Source of the DNA: Vicinamibacteria bacterium
GTDB lineage: Bacteria; Acidobacteriota; Vicinamibacteria; Marinacidobacterales; Marinacidobacteraceae
DNA length: 64,000 nt
Reading direction: 5' to 3'
Assembly: GCA_965199715.1 (NCBI GenBank)
Contig: OZ241322.1
Coordinates: 288,001-352,000 of the forward strand
Under the pieces are notes generated by a model, which made no database searches, was not told where the DNA came from, and worked only from the letters and a program-made list of their open reading frames with translations. The translations under genes and the position numbers were made by a program. Positions 27,442-38,600 of this stretch are shown piece by piece. Numbering within the stretch: the first letter of the stretch is position 1; every line of letters starts with the position of its first letter.

Positions 27442-29260
27442 GTTGCGGCAGGAGCCCGAGGATCGCCGCCGCCGCGCCCGCGAATCGCAGCTCGGGAACC
27501 GGCGCGGCGAGGAGCGCGGCCGCCGCCAGCAGCAGCAGCCGGTTCGGGATTCCGGCGGCGCGCAGGCCGTGCCCGTAGAGCCCGATCGCGGCTGACGTGA
27601 TCGCGAGCAGGCCCATGGCGAAGGCGAGCAATTGGGCCGCTCGCGGCGGTGCGCCGGCGCCGGGGAGCAGCGGCGTATAGGCCATCAGGAGCGGAACGAG
27701 GAACAGCCCGAGCGCGAGGCGCACCGCCTGGGCCGCGGCGGCCATCGGACGCGCCCCCGCGACCCCGGCCCCGGCGAACGCGGCGAGCGCGATGGGCGGG
27801 GTCACGTTGGAGGTCTGGGAAAGCCAGAAGAGGATGAGGTGCGCGGTCAGGAGCGACAACCCGATCTCGGTGAGCGCCGGCGCCGCGACGACCGCGACCA
27901 CGATGTAGGCGGCCGTCACCGGGAGGCCCATGCCGAGCACGAGCGCCGCGGCCGCCGAAAGCCCGAGCGCGGGGAGGAGCGCCCCCTCGGCCGCGCCGAG
28001 GACGAACTCGGCGAACTGGAGCGCCACGCCGGTCTGCCCCATCACCCCCACGACGACCCCGGCGGCGGCGCAGGCGAGCGACACCGGGACCGCGGTGATC
28101 GCGCCCTTCGCGAGACCCTCGAGGAGGAGGCGCGGGCCGATCCGGGTTTCCCGGCGCAGCCAGCTCGCCAGCACGACCGCGGCGCAACCGGCGGCGCCGA
28201 CCAGCGGGGGCGAGTAGTTCAGCGCGAGAAGCGCCGCCACCACGCCGATCGCGATCAGGAAGTGGGCCCCCCGGGCCAGAACCGCGCCGAGCCGGGGCGG
28301 GTCGTCCATGGCGCGGATGCCGCGCCGCGCCGCGAACCCGTGGACGAACAGGAGAGTCCCGGCGAAGTAGAGCGTCGCCGGCAGGATCGAGATCAGGACG
28401 ATCCGCGGGTAGGGGGTGTTTGTCAGCTCCGCCATGAGGAACGCCCCGGCGCCCATGATCGGCGGCATGAGCTGGCCTCCGGTCGAGGCCGCGGCCTCGA
28501 TTCCGGCGGCCTCGGCCGGGGAGTACCCGAGCCGCTTCATCATCGGAATCGTGAGCGAGCCGGTCGTGACCGTGTTCGCGATGGCCGAGCCGGACACCGA
28601 ACCCATCGCGGCGGACGCGACCACCGCCGCCTTGGCCGGTCCGCCCCGGAACCGCCCGGCGACCGCGTACGCGGCCTCGATGAAGAAGCGCCCGCCGCCG
28701 GTGACTTCGAGCAGCGCCCCGAACAGGACGAACACGAACACGGCGCCGCTGGCCACCGAGAGCGGGAGTCCGAAGAGGCCGGCGCCGGTGAATGCCTGGA
28801 ACCGCAGGATGCGCTCCAGATCGAAGCCCCGGTGGGAGAGGAGGCCGGGAAGCTCGGCTCCGAAGCCGTTGTAAAGGAGAACCGCGCCCACGATCGCGAC
28901 CATCACCGCGCCGACCCGCCGCCGGGTCGCCTCCAGCAGCAGCCCCAGCAGGACGGTCCCGGTCAGGACGTCCAGCGGCTTCAGGCCCTCGAGGATGTGC
29001 TGGATGGACTGGCGGTCGAAGCGCAGGACGAGGATCCCGACGGCGAGCGAGAGCCCGGCGAGCGCCAGCGACAGCGTCCGCGCCGCGCCGGCCGATCGGG
29101 CCCAGTCCGAAAGGAACGCGAGCGCAAGGATCCAGGTGAGGTGGATCGGCAGCAGCCAGGTGTCCCCGAGCGAGCCCAGCGAGGACTGGTAGAGCTGGAA
29201 GAGCGACAGCCCGGCGCCGATCCAAAGGAGCGCCGGCGGGAGGCGCTCGGACGCGGACAC
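27401..29260 (-). CDS. TRAP transporter fused permease (4TM/12TM, TAXI-associated)
   Basis: LEATRR, GGPAKAAV, SGSAIAN, ASTGGQLMPPIMGAGAF, GMGLP, VTPPIALAAF. Confidence 0.93.
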   Translation of the reverse strand: MSASERLPPALLWIGAGLSLFQLYQSSLGSLGDTWLLPIHLTWILALAFLSDWARSAGAARTLSLALAGLSLAVGILVLRFDRQSIQHILEGLKPLDVLTGTVLLGLLLEATRRRVGAVMVAIVGAVLLYNGFGAELPGLLSHRGFDLERILRFQAFTGAGLFGLPLSVASGAVFVFVLFGALLEVTGGGRFFIEAAYAVAGRFRGGPAKAAVVASAAMGSVSGSAIANTVTTGSLTIPMMKRLGYSPAEAAGIEAAASTGGQLMPPIMGAGAFLMAELTNTPYPRIVLISILPATLYFAGTLLFVHGFAARRGIRAMDDPPRLGAVLARGAHFLIAIGVVAALLALNYSPPLVGAAGCAAVVLASWLRRETRIGPRLLLEGLAKGAITAVPVSLACAAAGVVVGVMGQTGVALQFAEFVLGAAEGALLPALGLSAAAALVLGMGLPVTAAYIVVAVVAAPALTEIGLSLLTAHLILFWLSQTSNVTPPIALAAFAGAGVAGARPMAAAAQAVRLALGLFLVPLLMAYTPLLPGAGAPPRAAQLLAFAMGLLAITSAAIGLYGHGLRAAGIPNRLLLLAAAALLAAPVPELRFAGAAAAILGLLPQLRGRGSSTGTAPT

Positions 29261-29263
29261 GAG

Positions 29264-30175
29264 TCAGCGCAGCGCTTGGAGCGCGCCGGGATGCGGCGGC
29301 AGGTCGCCGATGGCCATGAGCTCCCCGGGCTGGATGAAGGCGGCGTTCGGCGTCACCCGCAGGAACTCCTCGCGCCCGGCGAGAAGCGACCGCACGAGCG
29401 CGCCGGCGACCCGGTCCGGCATGTCCTCATGCACCACGAGCATGTTCCACAGCGACGGAGTGAGGGTCGGGGCCGCGACGCCCCGGTAGGCCCCCTCGGG
29501 CACGAAGAAGCCCTCGTAGGCCGGATTGCGCGCCTCGATGGCGGCGATCTCCTCGGGGGCGAAGGGGACGAGCACGAGGTCGCGGGTGAGGCCCAGCTCC
29601 ACGACCGAGCTGACCCCGAGCCCGGCGGCGAGGAAGAGCGCGTCGAGCCGCCCGTCCTTCATCGCGTTGATGCTCTGGGTGTAGTTGAGCTGCCGCACGC
29701 GCAGGTCGTCCGGGCCGATCCCCAGAGCGTCCAGCACGTTCCACGAAGTGACCTGGTTTCCTGATCCCGGCGGGCCGACCGAGACCCGCTTGCCGTGGAG
29801 ATCGGCGACGCTCTCGACGCCGCGCCCCCGGACGCTCAGCAGGTGCACCACGTTCGGGTAGAGCCGGGCGAGGATCCGCACCGGCAGCGGATCGGGAAAG
29901 CGGCCCCGCCCGACGACGGCGTCGGCGACCGCGTCCGCCTGGCTGAACCCGACGTCGCTCTCCTTGCGGGCGACCTGGATCAGGTTCGTGACCGAACCGG
30001 CGGTGACCTCCGCCTTCACCACGAGCCCCGGAAGATCCTCAGTCCAGCGGCTCGCGAGCGCGCCGCCGAGCGGGTAGTACACGCCGGCGGTGGTGCCGGT
30101 CGCGACCGCGAGCGGGCGCGCCTCGCCCCCGCAGCCGAGCGCGGCGAGGAGCGCGAGGGGAAGGAGCGGCCTCAC
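29264..30175 (-). CDS. TAXI-family TRAP solute-binding lipoprotein
   Basis: LGC lipobox, ATGTTAGVYYPLG, GSVTN, GPPGSG, PHPGA. Confidence 0.93.
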   Translation of the reverse strand: MRPLLPLALLAALGCGGEARPLAVATGTTAGVYYPLGGALASRWTEDLPGLVVKAEVTAGSVTNLIQVARKESDVGFSQADAVADAVVGRGRFPDPLPVRILARLYPNVVHLLSVRGRGVESVADLHGKRVSVGPPGSGNQVTSWNVLDALGIGPDDLRVRQLNYTQSINAMKDGRLDALFLAAGLGVSSVVELGLTRDLVLVPFAPEEIAAIEARNPAYEGFFVPEGAYRGVAAPTLTPSLWNMLVVHEDMPDRVAGALVRSLLAGREEFLRVTPNAAFIQPGELMAIGDLPPHPGALQALR

Positions 30176-32847
30176 CGGCGCACCGCGTCCGAGAGGCGAT
30201 AGAGCAGCGCCAGCGCCTCCCGGGGCGACAGCGCGTCGGGATCCTGCTCGCGGAGGATCGCCGCCGCCGCGTCGGCCCCGGGATCCGGGGGCGCCGGTTC
30301 GGGAGCGGCGGCCGACGCGGCCTCGCGCGGAAGGCCGCCCAGGATGCGGTCGGCGCGCTCGACCACGGTCCTCGGGATCCCCGCGAGGCGCGCGACCTGG
30401 ATGCCGTAGCTGCGGTCGGTTCCGCCGGGGGCCACCCGCCGCAGGAACACGATCTCGTGCTCGCGCTCCTCGGCGCGCATGTGAAAGTTGACCACGCCCG
30501 CCTCGGCCTCGGCGAGCCCGGTCAGCTCGTGGTAGTGCGTCGCGAAGAGGGTCTTCATCCGCAGGCCGGGATTCCGCGCAATGTATTCGACGACCGCCTG
30601 GGCGAGCGCGAGCCCGTCGCCGGTCGCGGTGCCCCGGCCGACCTCGTCCAGAAGCACCAGGCTCGCCGGGGTCGCGTGATGCAGGATGTGGGCGGTCTCC
30701 TCCATCTCGGTGAGGAACGTGGAGCGCCCCCGCGCGAGGTCGTCCGTGGCTCCGACCCGGGCGAACACGCGGTCCACGACGGGCAGCCGGGCGCTCTCGG
30801 CCGGAACCAGCGAGCCCAACTGGGCGAGGATCACGTGGAGCGCGGTCTGGCGCAGAAACGTGCTCTTGCCGCCCATGTTGGGGCCGGTGAGCACCATGAG
30901 GAAGCCCGACTCGTCGAGGCTCAGGTCGTTCGGGACGAAGCTCTCCCCGTGAAGCGCCTCCACCACCGGATGGCGGCCGGCCCGGACCTCCAGCTCGTAC
31001 CCGTCGTGCATGTCCGGGCGGCGCCAGTCGCCGCCGGCGGCCACGTCGGCGAGACCGAACGCGACGTCGGCCTCGGCGAGCGCCGCGGCGCTCCGGAGGA
31101 TCTCCTGTCCGGACGCGCCCACCTCCTCTTCGAGCCGGGCGAAGAGGCGCGCCTCCTCCTCGAGGATCCGCTCGTTCGCGCCGTTGAGCCGGGCCTCGAA
31201 CTGCTTCAGCTCCTCGGTCACGTACCGCTCCGCCCCCACGAGGGTCTGGCGGCGGACGTAGTCGGAGGGGACGCGGTCGGAGTGGGCGCGCGCGACCTCG
31301 ATCGTGTACCCGAAGGTGTGGCTGTGACGAATCCTCAGTGACGCGACCCCGGTGCGCTGGCGCTCGCGCCCCTCGATCGCGGCGATGGCGCGGCGGCTCT
31401 CCAGCCGCAGCTCGCGCAGGGAGTCCAGCTCCTCGGAGACCCCGGCGCGGATGACCCCGGGATCGCGCGCGAGCGCCGGCGCGTCCCCGGCGATCGTCTC
31501 CTCGATCCGGAGCCGGACCGCGGGGAGGTCGTCGAGGCGGTCGCGCACGTCCCGCAGCAGCGGGGCTTCCATCCCTTCGAGGATCTCGCGGACGCGCCCC
31601 ACGGTCGCGAGCGATGCGGCGATCCGCAGGTACTCGCGCGGCCCGGCGAGGCGCAGCGACGCCCGCGACGCCAGCCGCTCAAGGTCGGCGCAATGCTGGA
31701 GGGCGTCGCGCGCCTCCCGGCGACGCTCCCCCGAGCCGACGAGCTCCTCGACCGCCTCGTGGCGGGCGCGGATCCGGTCCGCGTCGCGCAGCGGGCGCGC
31801 CAGCCGGAGCCGCAGGAGGCGGGCGCCCATTCCCGTCCGGGTCCGGTCGAGGATGCCCAGGAGCGTCTGGCCGGCGCCCGAGAGCGAGTCGAAGAGCTCG
31901 AGGTGGCGACGGGTCACCGGGTCCAGCAGCAGGGAGCCGGAGACCTCGAGCCGCCGAATCGCGCGGAGGTGGCCGAGACGCGACCGCTGGGTCTCCTCGA
32001 GGTAGCGGACGGCGGCTCCGGCGGCGGCGACGGCGGCCGGGGCGTCCGCGATTCCGAACGACTCGAGCGAGACCGTGCCGAACTGGCGGGTGAGCGCCTC
32101 GGCGGCGTGGCGCGGCTCGAACCAGTACGCCGGGCGCGCCGTCACCAGCGGGTTCCCGTCGCAGGCGGCGGCGCGCCCGTCGGCGGCGCCGTCGTCGGCC
32201 ACGAGAAGCTCCTTCGGACCGAACGCGGCGGCCGCCTCGGCGCAGGCGGCGAATTCGCCGGGGGCGAAATCGGCGGCCACGAAGTGGGCGGTCGAGAGGT
32301 CCGCCCACGCCGCGCCGATCCGGCGGGCGTGGGGCGGGCCGACTTTGGCCACGGCCATGAGCCAGGCGCCGTCCGAGTCCTCGTCCTCGGCGTGGAGCCA
32401 CGTCGAAGGCGTCGCGATCCGCACGACCTCCCGGCGGACGATGCCCCGGGACGCCCCGGCCGGCTCGACCTGTTCGCCGATGGCGACCCGATGCCCCGCG
32501 CGGACCAGCTTTCCGAGGTAGCCCTCGAGCGCGTGGTGCGGGAACCCGGCCATGGGGATGGGGTTGCCTTCTGCGTCGCGCTGACGCGAGGTGACCGCGA
32601 GGTCGAGCACCCTTCCGGCGACGTGGGCGTCCTCGCCGAACATCTCGTAGAAGTCGCCCATCCGGAAGAACAGGATCGCGTCGCCCGCCTCCCGGCGAAG
32701 CTCCTCGTACTGGAGCATGGCCGGCGAGCCGCCGCCGCCCGGCGCGCGGGCGGATCGCTTCCTGGGCCTGGCGGCCGCGGGGGCCGGCGTTTCCGGCGGC
32801 GCCGCCCGCTCCGTCGGGAACAGCAGGCGGGGAATGGAGAGGGACAC
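30172..32847 (-). CDS. mutS: DNA mismatch repair protein MutS
   Basis: FFRMGDFYEMF, GPNMGGKST, DEVGRGT, FATHYHEL, SYGIQVA. Confidence 0.97.
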   Translation of the reverse strand: MSLSIPRLLFPTERAAPPETPAPAAARPRKRSARAPGGGGSPAMLQYEELRREAGDAILFFRMGDFYEMFGEDAHVAGRVLDLAVTSRQRDAEGNPIPMAGFPHHALEGYLGKLVRAGHRVAIGEQVEPAGASRGIVRREVVRIATPSTWLHAEDEDSDGAWLMAVAKVGPPHARRIGAAWADLSTAHFVAADFAPGEFAACAEAAAAFGPKELLVADDGAADGRAAACDGNPLVTARPAYWFEPRHAAEALTRQFGTVSLESFGIADAPAAVAAAGAAVRYLEETQRSRLGHLRAIRRLEVSGSLLLDPVTRRHLELFDSLSGAGQTLLGILDRTRTGMGARLLRLRLARPLRDADRIRARHEAVEELVGSGERRREARDALQHCADLERLASRASLRLAGPREYLRIAASLATVGRVREILEGMEAPLLRDVRDRLDDLPAVRLRIEETIAGDAPALARDPGVIRAGVSEELDSLRELRLESRRAIAAIEGRERQRTGVASLRIRHSHTFGYTIEVARAHSDRVPSDYVRRQTLVGAERYVTEELKQFEARLNGANERILEEEARLFARLEEEVGASGQEILRSAAALAEADVAFGLADVAAGGDWRRPDMHDGYELEVRAGRHPVVEALHGESFVPNDLSLDESGFLMVLTGPNMGGKSTFLRQTALHVILAQLGSLVPAESARLPVVDRVFARVGATDDLARGRSTFLTEMEETAHILHHATPASLVLLDEVGRGTATGDGLALAQAVVEYIARNPGLRMKTLFATHYHELTGLAEAEAGVVNFHMRAEEREHEIVFLRRVAPGGTDRSYGIQVARLAGIPRTVVERADRILGGLPREAASAAAPEPAPPDPGADAAAAILREQDPDALSPREALALLYRLSDAVRR

Positions 32848-32891
32848 GGCGAGCCCCGCGGCCGAGCGGATGGGCAGTATGGTACTGGCCC

Positions 32892-33581
32892 GTGACCGAG
32901 CGAACCGCGCCCCGGGCGGTCGTCGGGGTCGATACCACGGGCGATCTCGGAAGCGTCGCGGCGCTCGTCGGGGAGGAGCCGATCGTCCGCTCCTTCGCCC
33001 CGGGCCGGCAGCACTCGGCGAACCTGCTGCCCGCGCTCGAGGATGTCCTTGAAGCGGCGGGAGCGGATCTCGGGCCGCGGACGCTGCTCGCGGCGGCGCG
33101 GGGCCCCGGCTCGTTCACCGGCCTGCGGGTCGGGCTGGCGACGATCCAGGGGCTCGCGCTCGCGAACGGCCTCGAGGCGGTCGGGGTCTCGGCGCTCGAC
33201 GCCGCGGCGGCCATGGCGCCGGCCGCGGACGGGCCGGTCCTCGTGCTGGTGGACGCGCTTCGCGGCGAGCTCTTCGGCGGCGTGTACCCGCGCGGGCCCG
33301 GCCCGATGCGGCTACGGCCCGAGGAGACCGGAGGCGTCGTCCGGGAGTGCGGCGCGGTCGCCGTCGCGGGACCGGGGGTCGCCCGCTGGCGCGACGCGCT
33401 GCGGGCCGCGAACCCGGGAATCCCGGTCCACGACGAAGTTCCGCCGCTCGCCGCCGCGGTCGCCCGTATCGGACGGGACCGCTTCGTGCGCGGAGAACCC
33501 GCGCCGCTCGCGCCGCTCTATCTCCGGGCGCCGGACGCGGTACCCTCTCCCCCGGCGGGGCGCGCCCCGCGACGAACGTGA
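32892..33581 (+). CDS. tsaB: tRNA threonylcarbamoyladenosine biosynthesis protein TsaB
   Basis: GVDTT, HSANLLP, GPGSFTGLRVG, DALRGE, PLYLR. Confidence 0.93.
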   Translation: MTERTAPRAVVGVDTTGDLGSVAALVGEEPIVRSFAPGRQHSANLLPALEDVLEAAGADLGPRTLLAAARGPGSFTGLRVGLATIQGLALANGLEAVGVSALDAAAAMAPAADGPVLVLVDALRGELFGGVYPRGPGPMRLRPEETGGVVRECGAVAVAGPGVARWRDALRAANPGIPVHDEVPPLAAAVARIGRDRFVRGEPAPLAPLYLRAPDAVPSPPAGRAPRRT

Positions 33582-33613
33582 ACCGAGACTGAACCGACGG
33601 GCGGGAGGCGCCG

Positions 33614-33826
33614 ATGGAACCCACGGAAACGCAAGAGAATCCGGCTCCCGGGGAGGCGCGGGCGCTGGAGGAGATGAAGCAGGAACACCGGCGCCTCGAC
33701 GAGCGCATCGCCGAGCTGGAGTCGCAGCTCACGCTCACCCCGGACGAGCACATGCAGGCCGCCGTGATGAAGAAGCGCAAGCTCGCGCTGCGGGACCGGA
33801 TCGAGCTCGCGTCCCAGAGGGCCTGA
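33614..33826 (+). CDS. DUF465/YdcH family small protein
   Basis: EHRRLDERI...KKRKLALRDRI; GGGAGG SD. Confidence 0.85.
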   Translation: MEPTETQENPAPGEARALEEMKQEHRRLDERIAELESQLTLTPDEHMQAAVMKKRKLALRDRIELASQRA

Positions 33827-33845
33827 ACCCGGACGCGCGGGGCGC

Positions 33846-34478
33846 ATGCGCATCCCCATCGCCCCCGAGGGCCGCGCGTTCGTCGCGATTCCGCTGGCGC
33901 TCGCGCTGGGAACCGCCGCGCTCCACCTGGCCGCCGGGGTGCCGTGGCTTCTCGTTGCGCTCGGTTTCGCGGGCGCGGCGCTCTTTTCGGCGTTCTTCTT
34001 TCGGGATCCGACGCGCCGGCCGCCCGAGGACCCGGACGCGGTCGTCGCCGCCGCCGACGGGGTGGTAACCGCGGTGGCCGAGGACGAGGACGGGGCGACC
34101 CGCATCACGGTGTTTCTCTCGATCTTCGACGTGCACGTGAACCGGGCGCCGGTCAGCGGCGTGGTCACCGGCGTCGAGCGCCGTTCCGGGGAGTTCCGCG
34201 CGGCCTTCCGGGAGGACGCCGGCGAGCGGAACGAAACCAACGAGGTCCGGATCCGCAGCGGGGCGGGGACGGTGCGGGTGCGCCAGATCGTCGGCGCGGT
34301 GGCTCGCCGGATCGTCTGCCGGGTCGCGCCGGGCGACCGGCTGGCGCGCGGCGAGCGGTTCGGGCTGATCCGGTTCGGGTCCCGGACCGACGTGCTGCTT
34401 CCCGCCGGGTGCCAGGTCCTGGTCCGCCCCCGCGAACGGGTGCGGGGCGGCGAGACCCTGGTGGCGCGGCTCCCGTGA
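33846..34478 (+). CDS. psd: Phosphatidylserine decarboxylase proenzyme
   Basis: FFRDP, ADG, FDVHVNRAP, NE, ARRI, FGSR cleavage site. Confidence 0.94.
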   Translation: MRIPIAPEGRAFVAIPLALALGTAALHLAAGVPWLLVALGFAGAALFSAFFFRDPTRRPPEDPDAVVAAADGVVTAVAEDEDGATRITVFLSIFDVHVNRAPVSGVVTGVERRSGEFRAAFREDAGERNETNEVRIRSGAGTVRVRQIVGAVARRIVCRVAPGDRLARGERFGLIRFGSRTDVLLPAGCQVLVRPRERVRGGETLVARLP

Positions 34479-35236
34479 AGATCCGCCGCCCGCTGCTGCG
34501 AACCCGCCGGGGGGTCTTCCTGCTGCCCGCCGGGTTCACCGTCGCGAACATCTTCCTCGGCTTCTACTCGATGATCGAGAGCCTGCTGGGGGACTACCGG
34601 GCGGCGGCGCTCGCGATCGGCTTCGCGATCCTCGCCGACCTCGTGGACGGGCGCGTGGCCCGGTTCGCCTCGGCGACGAGCGAATTCGGGCGCGAGCTGG
34701 ACTCGCTCGCCGACATGTGCTCCTTCGGGATCGCGCCGGCGATCCTCGTGTGGTCGTGGTCGCTCCACCACGTCGCGCCGACCGGTTGGCTCGTGGCCGC
34801 GCTCTACGCCGTGTGCGCGGCGGTGCGTCTCGCCCGATTCAACGTGGGCCGGCTGAATCAGGACAGCGGCTTCTACGTCGGGCTGCCCACGCCGGCCGCG
34901 GGCGCGCTCGTGGGGGCGGTCGTGTATGCGTTGCCCGAGCCGCCCGGGCCCGGTCTTCCGACCGCGCTCGCCTTCCTGTCGATCGTGGCCCTCTCGATGC
35001 TCATGAACAGCCCGGTCCGCTATCTGAGCTTCAAGGGGCTGAGCGAGCGGCGGGCGCACTCGTACCGGTTGCTGCCGATCCTCGCCGGATTCGTCGTCGC
35101 GACGATCGCCGAGCCGGTCGTGATGTTCCTCGTCCTCTCCATCGGATTCGCGATCCACCCGGCGTTCCTTCGCGCCCGGCGCCTGGCCCTCCGGAAGCGG
35201 TCCGCCGCCGCGCTCCCGCAGGAAGAGAAGTCCTGA
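34475..35236 (+). CDS. pssA: CDP-diacylglycerol--serine O-phosphatidyltransferase
   Basis: DLVDGRVAR...SEFGRELDSLAD..SFG.AP, RLARFN, GLPTP; GTGA overlap with psd. Confidence 0.93.
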   Translation: MKIRRPLLRTRRGVFLLPAGFTVANIFLGFYSMIESLLGDYRAAALAIGFAILADLVDGRVARFASATSEFGRELDSLADMCSFGIAPAILVWSWSLHHVAPTGWLVAALYAVCAAVRLARFNVGRLNQDSGFYVGLPTPAAGALVGAVVYALPEPPGPGLPTALAFLSIVALSMLMNSPVRYLSFKGLSERRAHSYRLLPILAGFVVATIAEPVVMFLVLSIGFAIHPAFLRARRLALRKRSAAALPQEEKS

Positions 35237-35239
35237 GCG

Positions 35240-35686
35240 TCAGCGCCGCGCCCACGCGGTGATCTCGCGGACGCGCCACCCCTCCTCGCCCCGGCCGCCG
35301 AGCTCGAGGGCGATCCGGAACCGCTCGCGCAGCGGCCGGTCGTTTCCGATCTCCATGCTCCGCCACTCGGCGGAGAGGATCGCGAAGCGCCCATCGGCGG
35401 AACGCCGGATCGAGCCGGGCCGCTCGGTCCAGGCCACGGACGCCCGCTGGCGGAACAGGACCCCGAGCCGCCGCCGGAGTTCGTCCCCGGTGACGCTCCG
35501 CCAAGGCTCGCCGGCCAGCGCGATGACCGCCCAGCCTTCCGGGTAAAGACCCGCCATCCGGTCGGCGTCGCCGGCCTCGAAGGCGGCCCCGAGGCGCCCG
35601 AGCGCGTCGGCGAGCGTGTCGCGAGGCCCGTCCGCCGGCGCGCACGCGGTCCCGAGCGCCAGGAGCAGCGGCGCGAGCCTCCTCAC
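35240..35686 (-). CDS. Putative lipoprotein, NTF2/SnoaL-like fold
   Basis: VRRLAPLLLALGTAC lipobox; AFEAGDAD...LY and WRVREI end typical of NTF2-like folds; GTGA overlap with the kinase stop. Confidence 0.65.
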   Translation of the reverse strand: MRRLAPLLLALGTACAPADGPRDTLADALGRLGAAFEAGDADRMAGLYPEGWAVIALAGEPWRSVTGDELRRRLGVLFRQRASVAWTERPGSIRRSADGRFAILSAEWRSMEIGNDRPLRERFRIALELGGRGEEGWRVREITAWARR

Positions 35687-38600
35687 GGCCCCGGCCCCCG
35701 CAGCGGGAGGAGCACCGCGATCAGAAGCCCCGGCTCGCCGTCGGGACGGCTCTCCGCCCGCACCGAACCGCCGTGCGCCTCGGCGAAGCGGCGGGTGTTC
35801 GCGAGGCCGAGGCCGGAGCCCCTGGTCCTCGTCGAGAACTCGGCCTCGAAGACCCGCTCGCGAAGCTCCCGGCTGACGCCCGGGCCGTTGTCCTCCACCT
35901 CGATCCGCGCCCGCGAGCCGGCCCGGCGGGCGCGGACCGCGATCTCCCCGTCCTCGCGCCCGGAGTCGCCGACGGCCTCGAGCGCGTTCTGGAGCAGGTT
36001 CTCCACGATGCGGGCGAGGATTCCGGCGTCCGCCCGGACCCGGAGGCCGAGTTCGGCCTCCACCCGAATTCCGATCCCGCCCGACGCCCGCGCGTAGGGA
36101 GCGACGGTCTCGCCGGTGAGCGTCCCGAGATCGACCTCCTCGAGCTCGAGCGGCGCGCCGACGGCGGAGAACTCGGAGGAGATCCGGCGGAGGCGCTCCA
36201 CCTGAAGCAGGATGTCCCGGCTGCCCTCGAGCGCGGTCTCGCGCACGTCCCGGCCGCGCGGGTCGCGGGCCACCCGGTCGATGTAGTCGGCGGTGAACTG
36301 GATCGGCGCCAGCGCGTTCTTGATGTCGTGCGCCGCCCGCCGCGCGAGGTCCGCCGTCGCCTCCTCGCGCATCCGTCGACGCACGCCGGGAATGCGGCGG
36401 GTGAGCCGCTCCACGCTGCGGGCGAGGAGGCGCAGCTCGTCCACGTCTCCGGCCTCGGCTACCGGCCCCTCGACCGATCCGTCGGCGATGCGATGGGTGA
36501 CCCGCGCCAGCCGCCGCACCGGCGCTGCGAGCCGCCGCGCCATGAAGCCGGGGAGCAGCACCGCGCACACGAGCGCCACCACTCCGGCGGCGAGGACGAG
36601 CGTGTGCTGGAGCGCCCGCGCCCCGGCCTCCCGCGCCGCCTCCAGTCGGGGCAGGGGAACCGCGAGGAAGCGCTCGCGGACGCCTCCGGGCAGCCGCACC
36701 CAGGCGATCCGGTAGCGCAGCGAATCGGGCTCGGCGCGATCCAGCACCGGCTCGCTCCCGATCGCCGCCATCGCCGGGATCGCCGGATGAGCGGGCAGCA
36801 GGCCCGCGAGCGCCAGCGCCGGACGGCTGACCCCGGCGAGTCGGCCCGCCTCGTAGAGCGCGAGGTCGGCGTCCACCTGGTCCGCCGCCCGCGCCAGCCG
36901 GAGCTCCAGCTCGGACGGGTCGAGTCCGGCCTCGAACGCGCCCGAGGCGCGGGCGACCCGCTCGGCGACGCCCGCCCGCTCGGCCGCCTCGGCCTCGCTG
37001 GTCCCGTCGAGCACGGCCTCCATCCGCCGCTCGCCGAAAACCGAGAGCCCGATCACCGCGACGAGCACCGCGGCCCCGAGCGCTTCGGTGAGCTGCATCC
37101 GGAAGCTGCGCCGCAAGCGGCGTCGGCGCGAGCCGGGAGCGAGCAGCCGAATGCGGACGGCGACTGCGGGGACGAGCGCGAACACGACCGCAAGGAAGAG
37201 CCATCCGAGCGCGCCGGCCGCGATGTCCTGCCAACCGGTCCGCCGCCACGACACGCGCCATAGCTCGTCGCCGACGGGGATCGACGAGGACGCCCGATCG
37301 GAGTCCAAAAGCCCGGCCGCGGGCGCGAGGCGAAGGTCGCGTCCGGCGAAGATGGCCGGAGCGGCGGGGTCCTCGAGCAGGAAGTGGTCGGCGACCCCGC
37401 CCGGCCGCGACGCCATCGGGACGTCGGCGACCCGCACGGCCACGGTTAGGCGGAATCGTTCTCCTCCCGCGAGGCGCCCGTCCACGTGGAACGCGTCCCC
37501 GGAGTCGGCCGCGCAGGCGCGGAACGCCCCGCCCGGCGCGCCGTCGGGCGCCGCGGGGCCCATCGGCGCACCGGCTTGGCGGGGAAATCCGACCGAGAAT
37601 CGGGAAACCGCGCCCTCCGCGCCCTCGACGGCGAGGCCGCTCGGCAGGTTCAGCCGGGGCAGGCCGGTGGCGAGCCAGAGGCGCCACGCCGCGTCCGGCG
37701 GCGCCGCCGCGATCGCGGTCCGCGCTAGCTCGGCGCTCGCCTCCGCGGCGGCGTGGCAGACCCGGTAGCGGTGCCGCTCGATCTGCGCCGGGGCCTCGGT
37801 GGCGGCGAAGGCGTGGCGGCTGGCGCCCTCGAACCACTCCATCGCCGGGAGCAGCAGCAATTGCGGGCCGATGAAGAGGCTCAGCGCGAGGAAGAGGGCG
37901 AGCCCCGGCTCCTTCCGCCCGAGCGGCGCCCGCAGTTGGCGCATCCACAGGCGGCCTCGGGAGGTTCGGCGGACGGCGAGCGCTCCGGCGAACGCGAACG
38001 CCGCGGCGAGCCCGACGGCCGGACCGAAACCGATTCCGGCGAGCGCGACCGCGCCCCACCCGGCGCCGGACGCCCACCCGCCCCGGCGCAGCGCGAGCAG
38101 CGCCCCGAGCATCGCGGCGGAGACCGCGGCCATGAGCGCGAACCAGCCGACGATCTCGGCGCTCCCGGCGCCGACCTGCCAGCGCGGCGTCATCGGGAAC
38201 GCGCCGGTCGCGGCGATCTCCCGCAGGAGGAGCACGAGCGCCACGACGATCCCGGCGGCGAGCGCGCCGTGCGCGGCGGCCCGGAGCGGTTTTCGGGGCG
38301 CGGCGGCGCCGCCGGGTCCTTGCACCTGCACCACGCGCATCGCCGCGAGCGCGGCGAGCGCGGTGAGGAGCGCCCCCGCGGGCGAGGCGGGAATTCCCGG
38401 CAGCCCGGGAGACGCGCCGCCGCCCCAGGCGAACAAGGCGGCGCCCGGGAAGGCGTCGGAAAGCGCGCGCAGGAGCGAACCTCCGCCGAAGAGGAAGAGC
38501 CCGACCGCCGCGAGCGCGCCGAAGAGGCCCGACTTCCACAGCAGCGTCCCGGCGACCGCTCCGCCGGCGAACAGCGCGAACGCCGCGAGCGGCTGCGCCC

